Shown here in pieces: positions 26,221-37,919 of a stretch of 64,000 nucleotides of DNA. Every line of letters begins with the position of its first letter. Positions within the stretch are counted from its first letter, which is position 1. The DNA comes from Carcharhinus longimanus (lineage: Eukaryota): the NCBI GenBank assembly GCA_030264375.1, contig JASCQW010000190.1, forward strand, positions 15,843,219-15,907,218, in the 5' to 3' direction. The translations under genes and the position numbers were made by a program. Under the pieces are notes generated by a model. That model ran no database searches. It worked only from the letters and a program-made list of their open reading frames with translations, and was not told the DNA's origin.

Positions 26221-27969
26221 CTTAGTTTGTAATACAGCAATCATGAAAGACCTGAATGAAATAACTGACAGATACCAAATCTATACCATGTTGTAAATTC
26301 ATCTAATGGGCAAAGACAGAGCAAATGACAGCAAGTGGAAAATTTTCTCTAAAGTGTGAAAGTATTATTTCTGTTTAGTTTTTATTCCTTATGCAAATAA
26401 TTAATTTTAAAGATACAATTTTGGTTACCATCACTATGCAACACACTCCTGAAGTTATAGCTAGACTTTCATAAGAAACTGGAGCCTGAAATATCCATAA
26501 AAAGGGATAAGATAAAATGCTTTGTTGTGTTTTGAAAAATACACCTCTTTTGAATCAAACAGAACAGTTGATAAGACAGTGGTAAATTTATCCTGCTGAT
26601 CTTTCGTTAAGTTTATAGGAAACCAACTAAAAGTCGTTACATAGTAGAGGCTTGAAGGCCAATGCTACTCAGCTACCACAAGCCTAGCCAGAGTGGAGGA
26701 ATTCAATACTATTCCAAATTTCCATTTGCAGAACTCTTGAGAAATGTTATGGACAATGAAATGGAAGCTGGCAAGTTGTTGGGTGGGTGTACTATAAATG
26801 AGCCATACTTTATAGAAAGAGTGTTTGTAACTGATTCGCAGATTAGTCCATTGTCCAATTACAATTTTAACCCATGTGCATACAGAGGTTTTTTACCTTT
26901 TTTAGAAAAGGTTTTTTCTTCCATGTAATTAGGTCAATCATTAACCACAGATTTATGATAAAGGAGGCGAGATGAAATAGTACATTTATTTCTTCAAAGC
27001 TACAGCCACATTTGCAATTTTAGGTTAGGCGTCAGTGGATAGAGAGACACTACAAGACACTTGCTTCTTGCGGTGCAAGGGAATTAAGTCAACTGCATCT
27101 GGTGGCACAGTGATGTAAAATGTTGGAGTTCCAACAACTGCAACGTGAAGATGAAAAAGATGTCCATGATCCCCTTCTGGAAAGGCAGGAGGGAGGGGAC
27201 TCTTGTGGATAGCGAGAAGGGGTAGATAAATCCCCAATCTTAATGAGGTGGAGTCACTGGGAGATTTCTCTGGAAAGCAGGAAACTTAGAGGGCCATCGC
27301 TCTCAATTCACCCAACAGCTGACTATGCACCAGCAATCGTAGAGTGATTGGGAGCCAGGTCTCCTGTATTCCTAAAATCAGGAAAAGCGATTTTGATGTA
27401 TAGAGAAACTTGGGAGTGGGGAAAATTAAAAATTCAGTTGCAGACAGACAGTCGAAAACAACTAATGATTATTAAAAAATACCTTTCATCATCACAGGAA
27501 GAGCATGGCTCGGTGACAACTCTCCTCTCAGAGGAAGGGCACGGCCTCTCTTCAGCACCTCCCACTTTGGTACGAGAGAGATCGGAACAACTCAGGTGTG
27601 GGGGGAGGAGAGAGAAGAGGAGAAGTCACGGGCATAAACTCACATCCCAATCCATGGCACCATGCACTGCGCCACCAATAACGTTTTAAATTTCAAGTTC
27701 CACTTTGACATACAGGATTTTACCATTATGAATTATAAAAATGATAAAATCAATCTGGATTGTTAATGAGCACAAGGGTCATACATAATTCAATTTAATT
27801 TTTGTTTACAGTTTCACTGCAGCATTGCATATTCAAACTGCAACAGAACAACAGCAGTGATTCTAACAGGACTTGACAGAGTCAACATTACTGAAACTCC
27901 AAAACACTATCTGGGATTAAGAAAAATATGACAATATACTTCAGGGCAAACAATGCCTTAAAAACTTAC

Positions 27970-28073
27970 CTTTTCAGATAAACTTGACTTGATAACCGTC
28001 AGCACTCTGTAAATGTAGGTTGGTTCGAAAGGAATTCCAGTACGAATATCTTTAACAGTTTTATCACCAGTAC
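27970..28073 (-). CDS. USP10: USP10 exon 8
   Basis: 104 nt, [34 protein letters not shown]. Junctions atgtaag| and |gtaagt. Confidence 0.94.
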
Positions 28074-28349
28074 CTTACATAATTATGAAAGATGGTCAAA
28101 AGAGATTCTAGTAAAATGCAGAAGTAAAGCATTTACACAGCAACATAAATTACTTCCAACCATGAAGATTTTCTACCACTCATTTCAAAGTAGGTTATAA
28201 ATACTAAAATTGAAAAATTAAACTATTCTGTAGTTGGTCATTTCAGAATCAAGCTGTATGTCATTGTAAATAAAATGAAGTTGACATAAGTCTTAATTAG
28301 CACACAGCCAATAAAATGCACAGATTAATGTGGTACCTAAATTACATAC

Positions 28350-28405
28350 CTATTTTTGGCTTGGAGGGTACTGGCATAGTACAGAACTCATTCATCAGTC
28401 GAACG
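28350..28405 (-). CDS. USP10: USP10 exon 7
   Basis: 56 nt, VRLMNEFCTMPVPSKPKI. Junctions aatag| and |gtatgt. Confidence 0.95.
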
Positions 28406-28685
28406 CTATTAAATTAAATTAACAAAACAGAATAAGGTTCAGTTTAAAGAACATTTTTATTGAAGTTTTCAATGTGTGTATTCTTTTGCTTAAATATAAT
28501 TAAACTAAGCTACAAACTGTTAGAAAGCAATTGTATCAGGTGTTCTGCAATATGATTATTCAAATTCTGGAAGTACCTACTTTACTTTTAAATTTATAGA
28601 AAAGTGAGCAGACCTGACCATATCGTCCACTAGAGCATTTTTCAAAACATTTTCAAGTATATGTATAAACAAATGTAATACGTAC

Positions 28686-28795
28686 AAGCTGTCAATCATT
28701 GGTGTAGAACTGCGAGGTCTCTGTATCTCATTATATATCGGAATAGACTTCATCAGATGAAACATGGGTGGGCATGCAACCAAAGCTTGCAAAGT
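28686..28795 (-). CDS. USP10: USP10 exon 6
   Basis: 110 nt, [36 protein letters not shown]. Junctions catag| and |gtacgt. Confidence 0.96.
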
Positions 28796-29322
28796 CTATG
28801 TCACATTAGTTAAGAAGATAACAGTTCCACTTGGTTTACTACGGATCTACAACACAGTACTTGAAGCCAAGTGGTGGAACCAACAGAAATCTATGTCCTA
28901 ACACAACTGCATCAAAGTATATATTAAAAAATCTGATGGGTTTTGAAGACCATTTAACTGTATAATACAACCATACAAGATCAAAGACCCGAGACTGGCT
29001 TGCCTGTTTTATTCATGTACAGGTATAGTATCCCAAACCTCGAACCCTCACCGAGGCCATGCCAGATTTGGGGATGGACAGTTTTGTCAAGCTGGGATGG
29101 GTGGGGTCAAAGGTCGCTTGGAGCATGGAAAAGAACAGTACTTAAAGCAGTGAAGTGGTAACTAGTCTGGAGATACATCACACCATTATAGCAGCTGACC
29201 AATATCTGGATAAAGCTTCTGTAAAATTTTACTCAATTAAATTTAATACAGTATTATAAAACTGCCCGATTAGGTAACTAAGATTTGGGTTACTCTATCA
29301 AGACTTTTGATAATGCATAACA

Positions 29323-29856
29323 GGGGCAGCACAATGGCACTGCTATTTCACAGCACCGGGCACGAGTTTGATTCCATCCTTGGGCGATGATCTGTGCAGA
29401 GTTTGCACATTCTCCATGTCTCCCGGGCTTTCCTCTGGGTACGCCAGTTTCCTCCCACTTCTAAAGATGTGCATGAGTCGCAAAAACCCAGCTTGCAGGT
29501 GCAGCAGGTGGTCAGGAAGGCAAATGGGATGCTGGCCTTCATANNNNNNNNNNNNNNNNNNNNNNNNNNNNNNNNNNNNNNNNNNNNNNNNNNNNNNNNN
29601 NNNNNNNNNNNNNNNNNNNNNNNNNNNNNNNNNNNNNNNNNNNATTGAATGGCGGGGCAGGCTCGAAGGGCCAGATGGCCTACTCCTGCTCCTATTTCTT
29701 ATGTTCTTATGTAATGTGCAGGATTGGCCATGCTAAATTGCCCTAGTGTCCCAAGATGTGTAAATTAGGGAGATTAGCAGGATAATTAAGTGGGGTTATA
29801 GGGACAGGGCAGGGAGGGCCTGGAAAAGATGCTCTGTTGGAGAGTTACTGCAGATT
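29323..29856 (+). mobile_element. V-SINE interrupted by a CR1 insertion
   Basis: SINE head and core at 29323-29473 resume at 29714. Confidence 0.85.
29474..29713 (+). mobile_element. Young 5'-truncated CR1 LINE with 7-bp TSD, spanning a gap
   Basis: Encodes ESQKPSLQVQQVVRKANGMLAFI. Tail (TTCTTATG)2; TSD ATGTGCA at 29467-29473 and 29714-29720. Confidence 0.92.
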
Positions 29857-30909
29857 TATTGTGGTAATGCTGAGTTAAGATGGGTAGAGAAACAGGAGAC
29901 AGTTATACTGATGCTTCCCATATCACTGGCATTTAAATTGTTACAATACAACATGAATCCCAAATTTATCCAACTTGATTCAACCGAAATGAAACTGTGG
30001 GGCCATTGTAAGAAAGTTAAATAAATCTGAAGGAATGGGACAAGTTGACCCACTCCAATTTAGAAATGTAAAAAAAATTGAAAACATTTAAATTTGGCTA
30101 ATTTATATATAAACAAAGTGACAATGCAGAGTAATAACTGATAATTGTACTGCTTTTTATTCCAAAAGACTGCATACTCTCACTAACTCGGCTAAAATTC
30201 ATTCAGAACTGCAGCATAATTGTGAGATTCAGATTTTTTTTTAAAAAGAGTTCCAGTCACTTGGCATCTGAGTGAGATTAAATGGTTCCAATGATTTCAA
30301 GTTTTGTTGATTTAAGTCATCCAAGTATGATATTTTTCAATTAAAATTAAAAGTGGGATTGATAATCCATCTACTTGCTTTAAATCACTTTCAGGTATTG
30401 TATTTTGCTTGTAGATGTTCACACCTGCCTATTGCAACTACTGAAGGGAATATCCAGAAACATTCATTTGAAAATTATCTCTGTCTGAGCACTAACATCT
30501 GGCCTTGGGATGTGTTTCTTAAATCATTTAATAGGAGGGACATCACTACATTTAATGAATTCCATAAGTGACACAAATGCGAACTGTTCTTGGTGACAGA
30601 AATGTAAGCTTTGTGGATTTTTGAAGGAAAGACCTATCTATAGGCAAAGTAATCTTAATGGAGCCCTGCTTTAAAAATGTTTTGAGAATTCTGACTTCAT
30701 TGCTTTCTAGTTAGTCCCAGCAATGCCTACTGCAGTGGCACACAATTATTTATTTTAAATTTAACTTATCACCCACCACCATGCTACAAACATGTTCAAG
30801 TCATATTACGTTGTTTGTTTCAACACTAGAGCTCACATTACAGTCTTTTGGGTATATATATAGATTGTTGGATATTAGCTATCATGTTGTATTCAGACTT
30901 TAAGGATAC

Positions 30910-31001
30910 AGCATTGATATAACACCAATTGCTTTTGTTGATCAGACCTCGAGGTTGCAAGGACACTGGTTTATGAACCAATTTCACATTTTCCAGCAGT
31001 T
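30910..31001 (-). CDS. USP10: USP10 exon 5, catalytic Cys box
   Basis: 92 nt, [31 protein letters not shown]. Junctions ctatag| and |gtatcc. Confidence 0.97.
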
Positions 31002-32338
31002 CTATAGATATGGAAAGAAAAAGAATCACATTATAAGAATATACTGAATTCAATTTTACCCGTGGAGGCCATTTTCATTCTGGTCCTCAAAACGCGTACT
31101 GATCATAATATATTAAAAACTTGGTTAAACATGCTTAACAGTTTTGGTATAACTATTATTATATATCTGCATACTCCCCTGTCTCATAACTATGTACCCT
31201 CACTGCACAAAAATATTTTTTTCCTTGTTAGCTCTGTTACCATTATCTGACTCAGGCAGCTAGCAAATATGGTAACAGCTCTACAGGTGGACTCACTGTC
31301 TCAATTTATGCAGGTAGCTTTGTTTAGGAATTGCCTTTTTTTGGGATATCATAAGTACAAATCTGCACTTCAACACCCTGTGGCATAGCCTATAGTGCTC
31401 AATGTACTGGGGCAGTTAATGGATATTACATTACTAATAATCTTGCAGGTGTAGCATATAAAAATTGATATTATACAATATTATATTGATATCCAACTTT
31501 ATGAATTGTTTATTCAGCTTGATCCAAAAACAAGTTAATCAAGGAGAGACACTTCCATGTAGTTTGTATACATCCATATCCCATGTAAAAACAATTCCAC
31601 CACAAACAGTAATAACATAATAGACTCTTACTGAAGATTTGAAACCCAAATTGCAATCAAGCACACAAATTGCTGGTAGCGCTCATTTATTATCCTCAAC
31701 ACAATTCAATTTGCCCATTGGAAGGATAAACTTTTTTTAAAAAAATTTTTTATTGCATTCTTAAAGTTACAAAACCAATGTGCAGAATGGACAGGACAAG
31801 CCAAGCCATCTCCTTGACTGCTCCAAAAATTAATTCTAGAGAGACATACAAGATCCAAGCTGACAGGAAAAAGCTATGCACTCCATTGTGGATTGATCTG
31901 ACACTTGACCTTAGCCAAAAGACTGAGAAACACAAGGACAGGCTAACACATTAACTTAAGCTTTCCTCAATCCTAGCACTATATGCAAAGCACACCAACA
32001 TAACACTTTTAAAACATAAGAGCAAGGATATACTATAGACAGACCATGGTACACTTTTCAGGTACTTGCCAACCACAAATAGATGGAGCCATATCAAGAA
32101 AATGTTTCCAAGTTTGTTGGAATCCATCCTGTTATCCTGACTGTAGGCAACATTCATATTTTTAACCTGCTGCTGTATTTTCTTCAGCACATTTCAGAAA
32201 TACAGACTCTACAGATTTAACAGCAAATCTGGAGCATGTGCAATTTTGTTAAGAAAGAACACACAAAAGCAATGTTTGTTCGAAGATGACTCCTGAGTAG
32301 ATAATCGAAGTGCATTTATTAGAAAGTATCCGATAGAG

Positions 32339-32399
32339 CAGGGGTCTCCAAACTATGGCCCGCAGCGGGTTGCACTGGATCGGAGTTTGGAGACCGCTG
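32339..32399. mobile_element. 61-bp non-autonomous hAT (Charlie-like) element
   Basis: 16-bp TIRs CAGGGGTCTCCAAACT and AGTTTGGAGACCGCTG (1 mismatch). Perfect 8-bp TSD CGATAGAG. Confidence 0.93.
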
Positions 32400-34679
32400 C
32401 GATAGAGCATGGGAGACAAAATAATGCAGTGCAACGAGCTGAAACGGCTGGAGTAGAACAAGCTGATTCCTAGTAATGAGCAACAGTTAAACTTGGTAAC
32501 AGGTTAACACAATCGGCAAGTTTTGGAAGATGAAAAAGATGAGGATGTCTCGTTACTTAATCCTTTCAACATATAATCAACATCCATGACGAGAATCGGT
32601 CTGGTTTACTTGGGAGTTATCACTGAAACGTAAACATACGCATATCTGTGAAACAGTAATGGCCATATCAGAAAAACATCTTCGGAGAAGATAAATCAGA
32701 GTGACTGATGAGAAATAACAGGATGCAAAACAATAGTAGAGGAATTAAAGAAACTGTTACCAGTTGGTGGAGGTCAAACAAAAAATTATCACTGGCATTA
32801 CAAGGCGCACAAGAACAATTTGTGAGTTATTAGCACCATCTTGTGGCAACAGTAAAGTGCAACTATTAAACTGAGCAGTTAAATGTGAATTTACGTGTAA
32901 ATAAATGCTGACCTTGATGGATTCGCAAAAATATTTCTGCACAGCTGGCCCCTGATGGATACTGATTAAAATTTTAAAACTTATCACAAGTGGATACTGA
33001 TTTACAGCTTTCCAGCTATCAACTGATGTAGGTTCAGCTACACCACAAAAAAAAGCAAAATATTTTACAGATCAATACATGCAAGTGAATCAGTTAAACA
33101 GGAACTAAATAAGGGCCTACACAACTGCAGACTTATAAAGAAGCTATTATTTTTGAACCTGGGTGGTTTATCTTCAATTGACCCTGAGCACAAATTATCC
33201 TGGTAAAGCTGCAATATTATAGTTTTGATCTGACTACAGCTGTAAGCACATCTTGAATTACCAGTAGAACATTCTCAGTACACCACTGCATTAATAATTG
33301 TGGTTAATACAGATATAGGCTCCTTGCTGAGCCATGTGAAGTTTGAAAGACCTGCCTTAGATCCCCAATATCAATTTTGCAGTCCAGCCACGCTACTTGT
33401 GGAAGGTCAGATCCATCGTCCATAGAACTATAATTTAGTCACTGATTTTGTGGCAGAGAGAAATTTGAAAAAGAAAATGGAAACATTCCCATTATGATCT
33501 TAACATGCAACTTTTCTGTGACTCCTTCCCCTAACATCTTTTATGGAGTACTCTTGAGAAAGCAAACACTTTTCTCAGGAAACCAAAATGCCATTCATGA
33601 GCTACTATCCAGTGGTCACAGTCTTTACACAGTATCAATACTACTTCTTTTCTAAGTTAACCAAAATCCAAATATTCCCATGTCTTGGCAATTAGATGAG
33701 TTAATGTGAGACTTGCAGTCCATTCCTGACATTACCACTTAGTTTTGCAGTTCGTACATTCAGCACCATGGTAAGTTAGTAAACAAATGCTTTCTGGTTT
33801 GCAAAAGCACCAATCCATAATAATGATTAGTACTCAAGCAAAGTAGGTACAGCTTCATGTCATCCCACTTACTTATATACTTGACTGTTGCCACATTGCA
33901 TGCCAGCCCTCATTATGAAATGGGTACAGCTGGCCAGCCCCAGAATGTTTGATGCCTATTCAACAACTTGCACAGAGCACAAAATGGAACTGTGGTTGAT
34001 AAGACATTGCTCCTGGTTGAAAGTCATCTTTCAGTTTGTTTTAATGTCCAATGGGAGAATAATACAGATAATCTTGAGCTAATTTGGGGTTCTTATTGGG
34101 ATTCAAACAATGTAAAACCATAAGATGAGATACACTGGCTATAGTAATTGTGATCATTGGTGCACAAACAAAACTTTGCATTGCACTGATTAAAAAAACA
34201 CTAGCTATCAAAGCTCATCACTGCTGTCCAAATTAATGCTGAATGGACAATCCAGTCTATTTTTAGCATGAATAAACTGGTTTTTGCACACCAAGCATCA
34301 GTGTGTAGTGAGGTAATCCTTACAGTCCCCACAACTGGACCAAAGTTCAGGTATGAAGACACAGGTTTGTCAATGCCAACCTGTCTTCTGCAAGCACCAA
34401 TGGCAGTCTCTGCACTCCCTCTTTCAAAGTTTAGGCTACTGTCTTATACATTATAGCAGCTGCAGCAATACATACAAGTCAGGAGGTAGTTGCTTAGGAC
34501 AGGCAAGGTTTCAGGTTCTTGTATAACTGGAATGTCAGCTTTGGAAAACTTCAGGATTCTGTTCCAGCAATTATTGGGAACTACCTTACTATTAAATCAC
34601 CAAGTATTTAACTTGATACCATCCAAGGAATATTACAAGTAAATTGACGTCAGTCTTCTGAAGAAAAAATATAAGTTAC

Positions 34680-35771
34680 CTGCTATTGGTTGAGCTGCAG
34701 AATCCTCAGACACCGGAACAGGCACATCCATTCTTATCTCTGGTTGCTTTTCAGGTAACTGAACAGAAGCATTGGTTGGTGTAAATTTTGCCTCAACATA
34801 GGCCACAGATCCTGCTGAAGAGGGCTTTGAATTGTGGAAGAGACTAGCCCAGGATTTGGCTGGCAAAGGAGCAGAAGCGGTAGAAGGAGCTACGGCTGTC
34901 TGCTCTGGCTCAACTGCATATACATCCTCTGGTTTATCTTGCTCACATTCTGTGCTATCAGTGTGCAATCCTTCCCCATCAGAAGTATTAGGAAGTGTTA
35001 CAGCACTATCACCAGAAGATTCCAGTGTTTGTCCACTGTCATTTTTAACATCCACAGTAATATCTGTGCCTGCATATGATTGTGCAATAGCTGTCCTTAC
35101 TGGGCTACTCCTTCCAGTCTCGGAAAGATCAGGCTGTTCAGAGGAATTAACCTCATTATCAGCCTCAGTGCTAGCCTTAAGCTCAAACCCAGGCTGCTCA
35201 GCAGTCCTGGCCTCATCTAACGAACTAGAGACTGTATTATTACAGAAGGCTCCACTAATGAAGTCCGCATCATTCTCAGGGCTATCACAAGTCCTCTGAT
35301 TAGCCTTTGAAGAAATAGCTCCATGAGATTCAGGGATCTCTTTCTGGCCAAGTAATTCGACCTCTTCTGGGCTTATAGCATTTAGCCCTGAGTTTAACAC
35401 ATGTCCATTAACAAGGCCCGATGTTTCAGAGGGAACACCAGTATCACTCACACCTTCCTGATAACGATAATATCCAGGAGGTCTTTTCTTCTTGTTCCTC
35501 CTTTCCCTTGGGCCTTGCCCTCGGTAAACAAGATCATCATTCCCCTGGCAATTGCCACTGTCCAGAGAAATATTACCCTCGCCAAATTGGCAGTCAATGG
35601 AGCTGTAGGCAGCTTCTTCTGACAAATTGTCTAAGGATTTCTGTACAGGTTGATATCCCAGTATAAATTCTGGTGCCTGTGGATTCAGCGTACTGGAAAC
35701 TTTGTAAACGTTGCCCTGTAATCCAGGTGGTTCCGACTCATTTTCTTCGGTGTCTGAATCATTTCCATCTC
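34680..35771 (-). CDS. USP10: USP10 exon 4, large disordered N-terminal exon with PAM2 motif
   Basis: 1092-nt open frame, phase 1-1. Contains SSTLNPQAPEFILG (PAM2), KKKRPPGYY and KSWASLFHNSKP. Junctions caaatag| and |gtaact. Confidence 0.94.
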
Positions 35772-36431
35772 CTATTTGAACAAAATAAAAAAATTAGCCG
35801 CAAAGTTTAAGCCCTAAATACCGCTCCACTAGATTATAAACTCCCCTTCCTCTTGCTCCAAAAACCCATTATTACAATATACAATTTTAAAAATATATCA
35901 TTAAGGCTAATGATGTGTTATGAATTTTATGAACAAACATCAAGTCTAGAAATTCCCTCTGCAATGGCTTAAACAGTTATTCATTTGGGATTTAAGTTGA
36001 AATCACACGAGTCTCCAGGGGTTTAACACCGATGACATATTTACCAAACAGCCAAAAGCAATAAAATATATATTTTTAAAATTTTATTAATTCCAAAATT
36101 ATCTTAAGTCCTGGATCTCAGCATGAAAAAAACAGCCAATATATGCATAAATCAGAATTCTGGTAACTGCAGGTGAAAAGGCTTATTTAAACTATTTTTA
36201 AAAATGTGTATTCCCATTGCTAGGGACTATTTGCTAATAGCATTAGTTTGCACCAAAAGAAATCAAATATTTGTAAATCAAGACTGCTCCAAATAAGAAT
36301 TGATGAATTTTATTACATTCATTTGATTTTCAAAAGTTAATTTTACATTGACCTTTACTCTCGCCCCAAAATCCTTCCAGATTTTCAAACTCAATGGAAT
36401 ATTAGCAAATACATTGAAATCAAACACTTAC

Positions 36432-36477
36432 CCACTGATTGACTGCCATGCAAGACTTTATCATTATATGGGGGGAG
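36432..36477 (-). CDS. USP10: USP10 exon 3
   Basis: 46 nt, LPPYNDKVLHGSQSV. Junctions ggcacag| and |gtaagt; phase 0-1 fits both neighbours. Confidence 0.9.
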
Positions 36478-37506
36478 CTGTGCCAAACAGAAAATAGAAG
36501 TTTGGTATTTCATTGTAAATAAAGCACCATTAAGATTATGTTTTACCATATCTTCCTGTTTTGAGTGATACAATTGAGTGACAATGAAAACAATTAAATC
36601 CAGAAAACCGTGACTGAAACATGCAAGATTATCATTTCCATCAGTAAGCACCATACAATATCAAACTTCCTCACGCCTTTACAGAATATATTACTTTTAA
36701 AATGCAGGGAATGACTCAAAGAAAAGCAATCATCCTGCTGTCTTTATGCTGCTCCTTCATTAATGTTGGGTGCAGAGAGCTGAGTTGCCAGTGTTGGAGG
36801 AAAAAAAACAGAAGTTACTCCCAAGAGGCTCTGGCCACTTTTCAACACTACTTCTTTTTCCACGAAGCTCCACAATTCTAACTGAACAGCAATTAAAAAT
36901 ATTCAAGAACTCTTCAACATCAAAAGTTGATTCAAAATCAGAAGTTAAAGATTACTTGAACACATAAATGGGCGTGTCTCAACTTTGTAAACTGAGGTAG
37001 CTATTGAATCAACTCGTGTGAAAGATCCCTAACCGAAATATGTAAAAACTTAGCTCTCTCATTTTTAAAAAGATGAAAAAAACTGTGCCCTAACAACTGT
37101 AATGTAGCAGCAATGTGATGGCTATAATATGTAGACGGCATCATGGAACCACCACATGGCACATAAAGCTTTTTAAGCTATCGATTTAAAAGAAATCGGA
37201 GAGGGAAATTGACATTACATGTATTTAAGGTTTGATTCATGAAATGTGTGCTTTTATATCAAATTCAGAGTGATTGGAATGGCAAATAATTTAAATACAA
37301 AATCTTATTCAGCTGAAAAGCCCTTAGCCTGTCCATCTACGCACAGCATCCCACTTTTTAATAGTTTCTGGCACCAGTTTTTGGTCAAAATTTCATCCGT
37401 TAAATCAGCTAATAGACACGACTTAAAAATCAAGTGCATATCATCAGCTAAAAATTGTACAAGAAACAAATAAAAATTCCAGGTTTTCCTCAATGAGCAC
37501 GCTCAC

Positions 37507-37575
37507 CTCAACAGAGCTGCGTGATGTTACAAAGAACTGATTGAATTCATCAGGGCTGAACTCCCCAAAGATGTA
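37507..37575 (-). CDS. USP10: USP10 exon 2, G3BP-binding FGxF motif
   Basis: 69 nt, [23 protein letters not shown]. Junctions ttctttcag| and |gtgagc. Confidence 0.96.
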
Positions 37576-37919
37576 CTGAAAGAAAAGAGAAAACATTAAT
37601 GTTATTAGCCAAACTGCAAACATATACTCTATAACCTGGCAGCAAATACTGTAAATGGGCTATTTATTGTTTATCTTGGTACAATTACATAGAATACCAG
37701 CCTACATTTTCCATTAAATTCTTATACATATTCTTTATTGCACATACTACATAATCATGCAAAAGTTACTCAGGACTGTACCAGGCAACAAGTTCCTCCA
37801 CGTTCATGAAATGTTGAAGACAGAAAACATTTACACCATCAACTGGGGGAAATACAGAATATTTACACTAATTTCATCAGTTTGACACAAATGCGTTGAT
37901 TTTTTAGAAAAACAAAATC

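Larger units (their letters stand above)
28796..30909 (-). other. U12-type (minor spliceosome) GT-AG intron 5 of USP10
   Basis: 5' splice site GTATCCTT (30902-30909). Branch site TTCTTAAC (28809-28816) about 14 nt from the AG. No polypyrimidine tract. Confidence 0.9.

Noticed and set aside
34832-35666. Plus-strand ORFs of 73-155 aa
   Set aside because: Antisense shadows of USP10 exon 4 with no independent domain signal.
35766-35774. TAG-GAG NAGNAG at the exon 4 acceptor
   Set aside because: GAG is rarely used as an acceptor and there is no evidence for it here.
36340-36400. Minus-strand ATTGAGTTTGAA... (IEFE) followed by AAAG|gtcaat as a possible extra exon carrying an IEF motif
   Set aside because: No usable acceptor, too close to the exon 3 donor, out of frame with exon 3 read-through, and only a 3-residue match.
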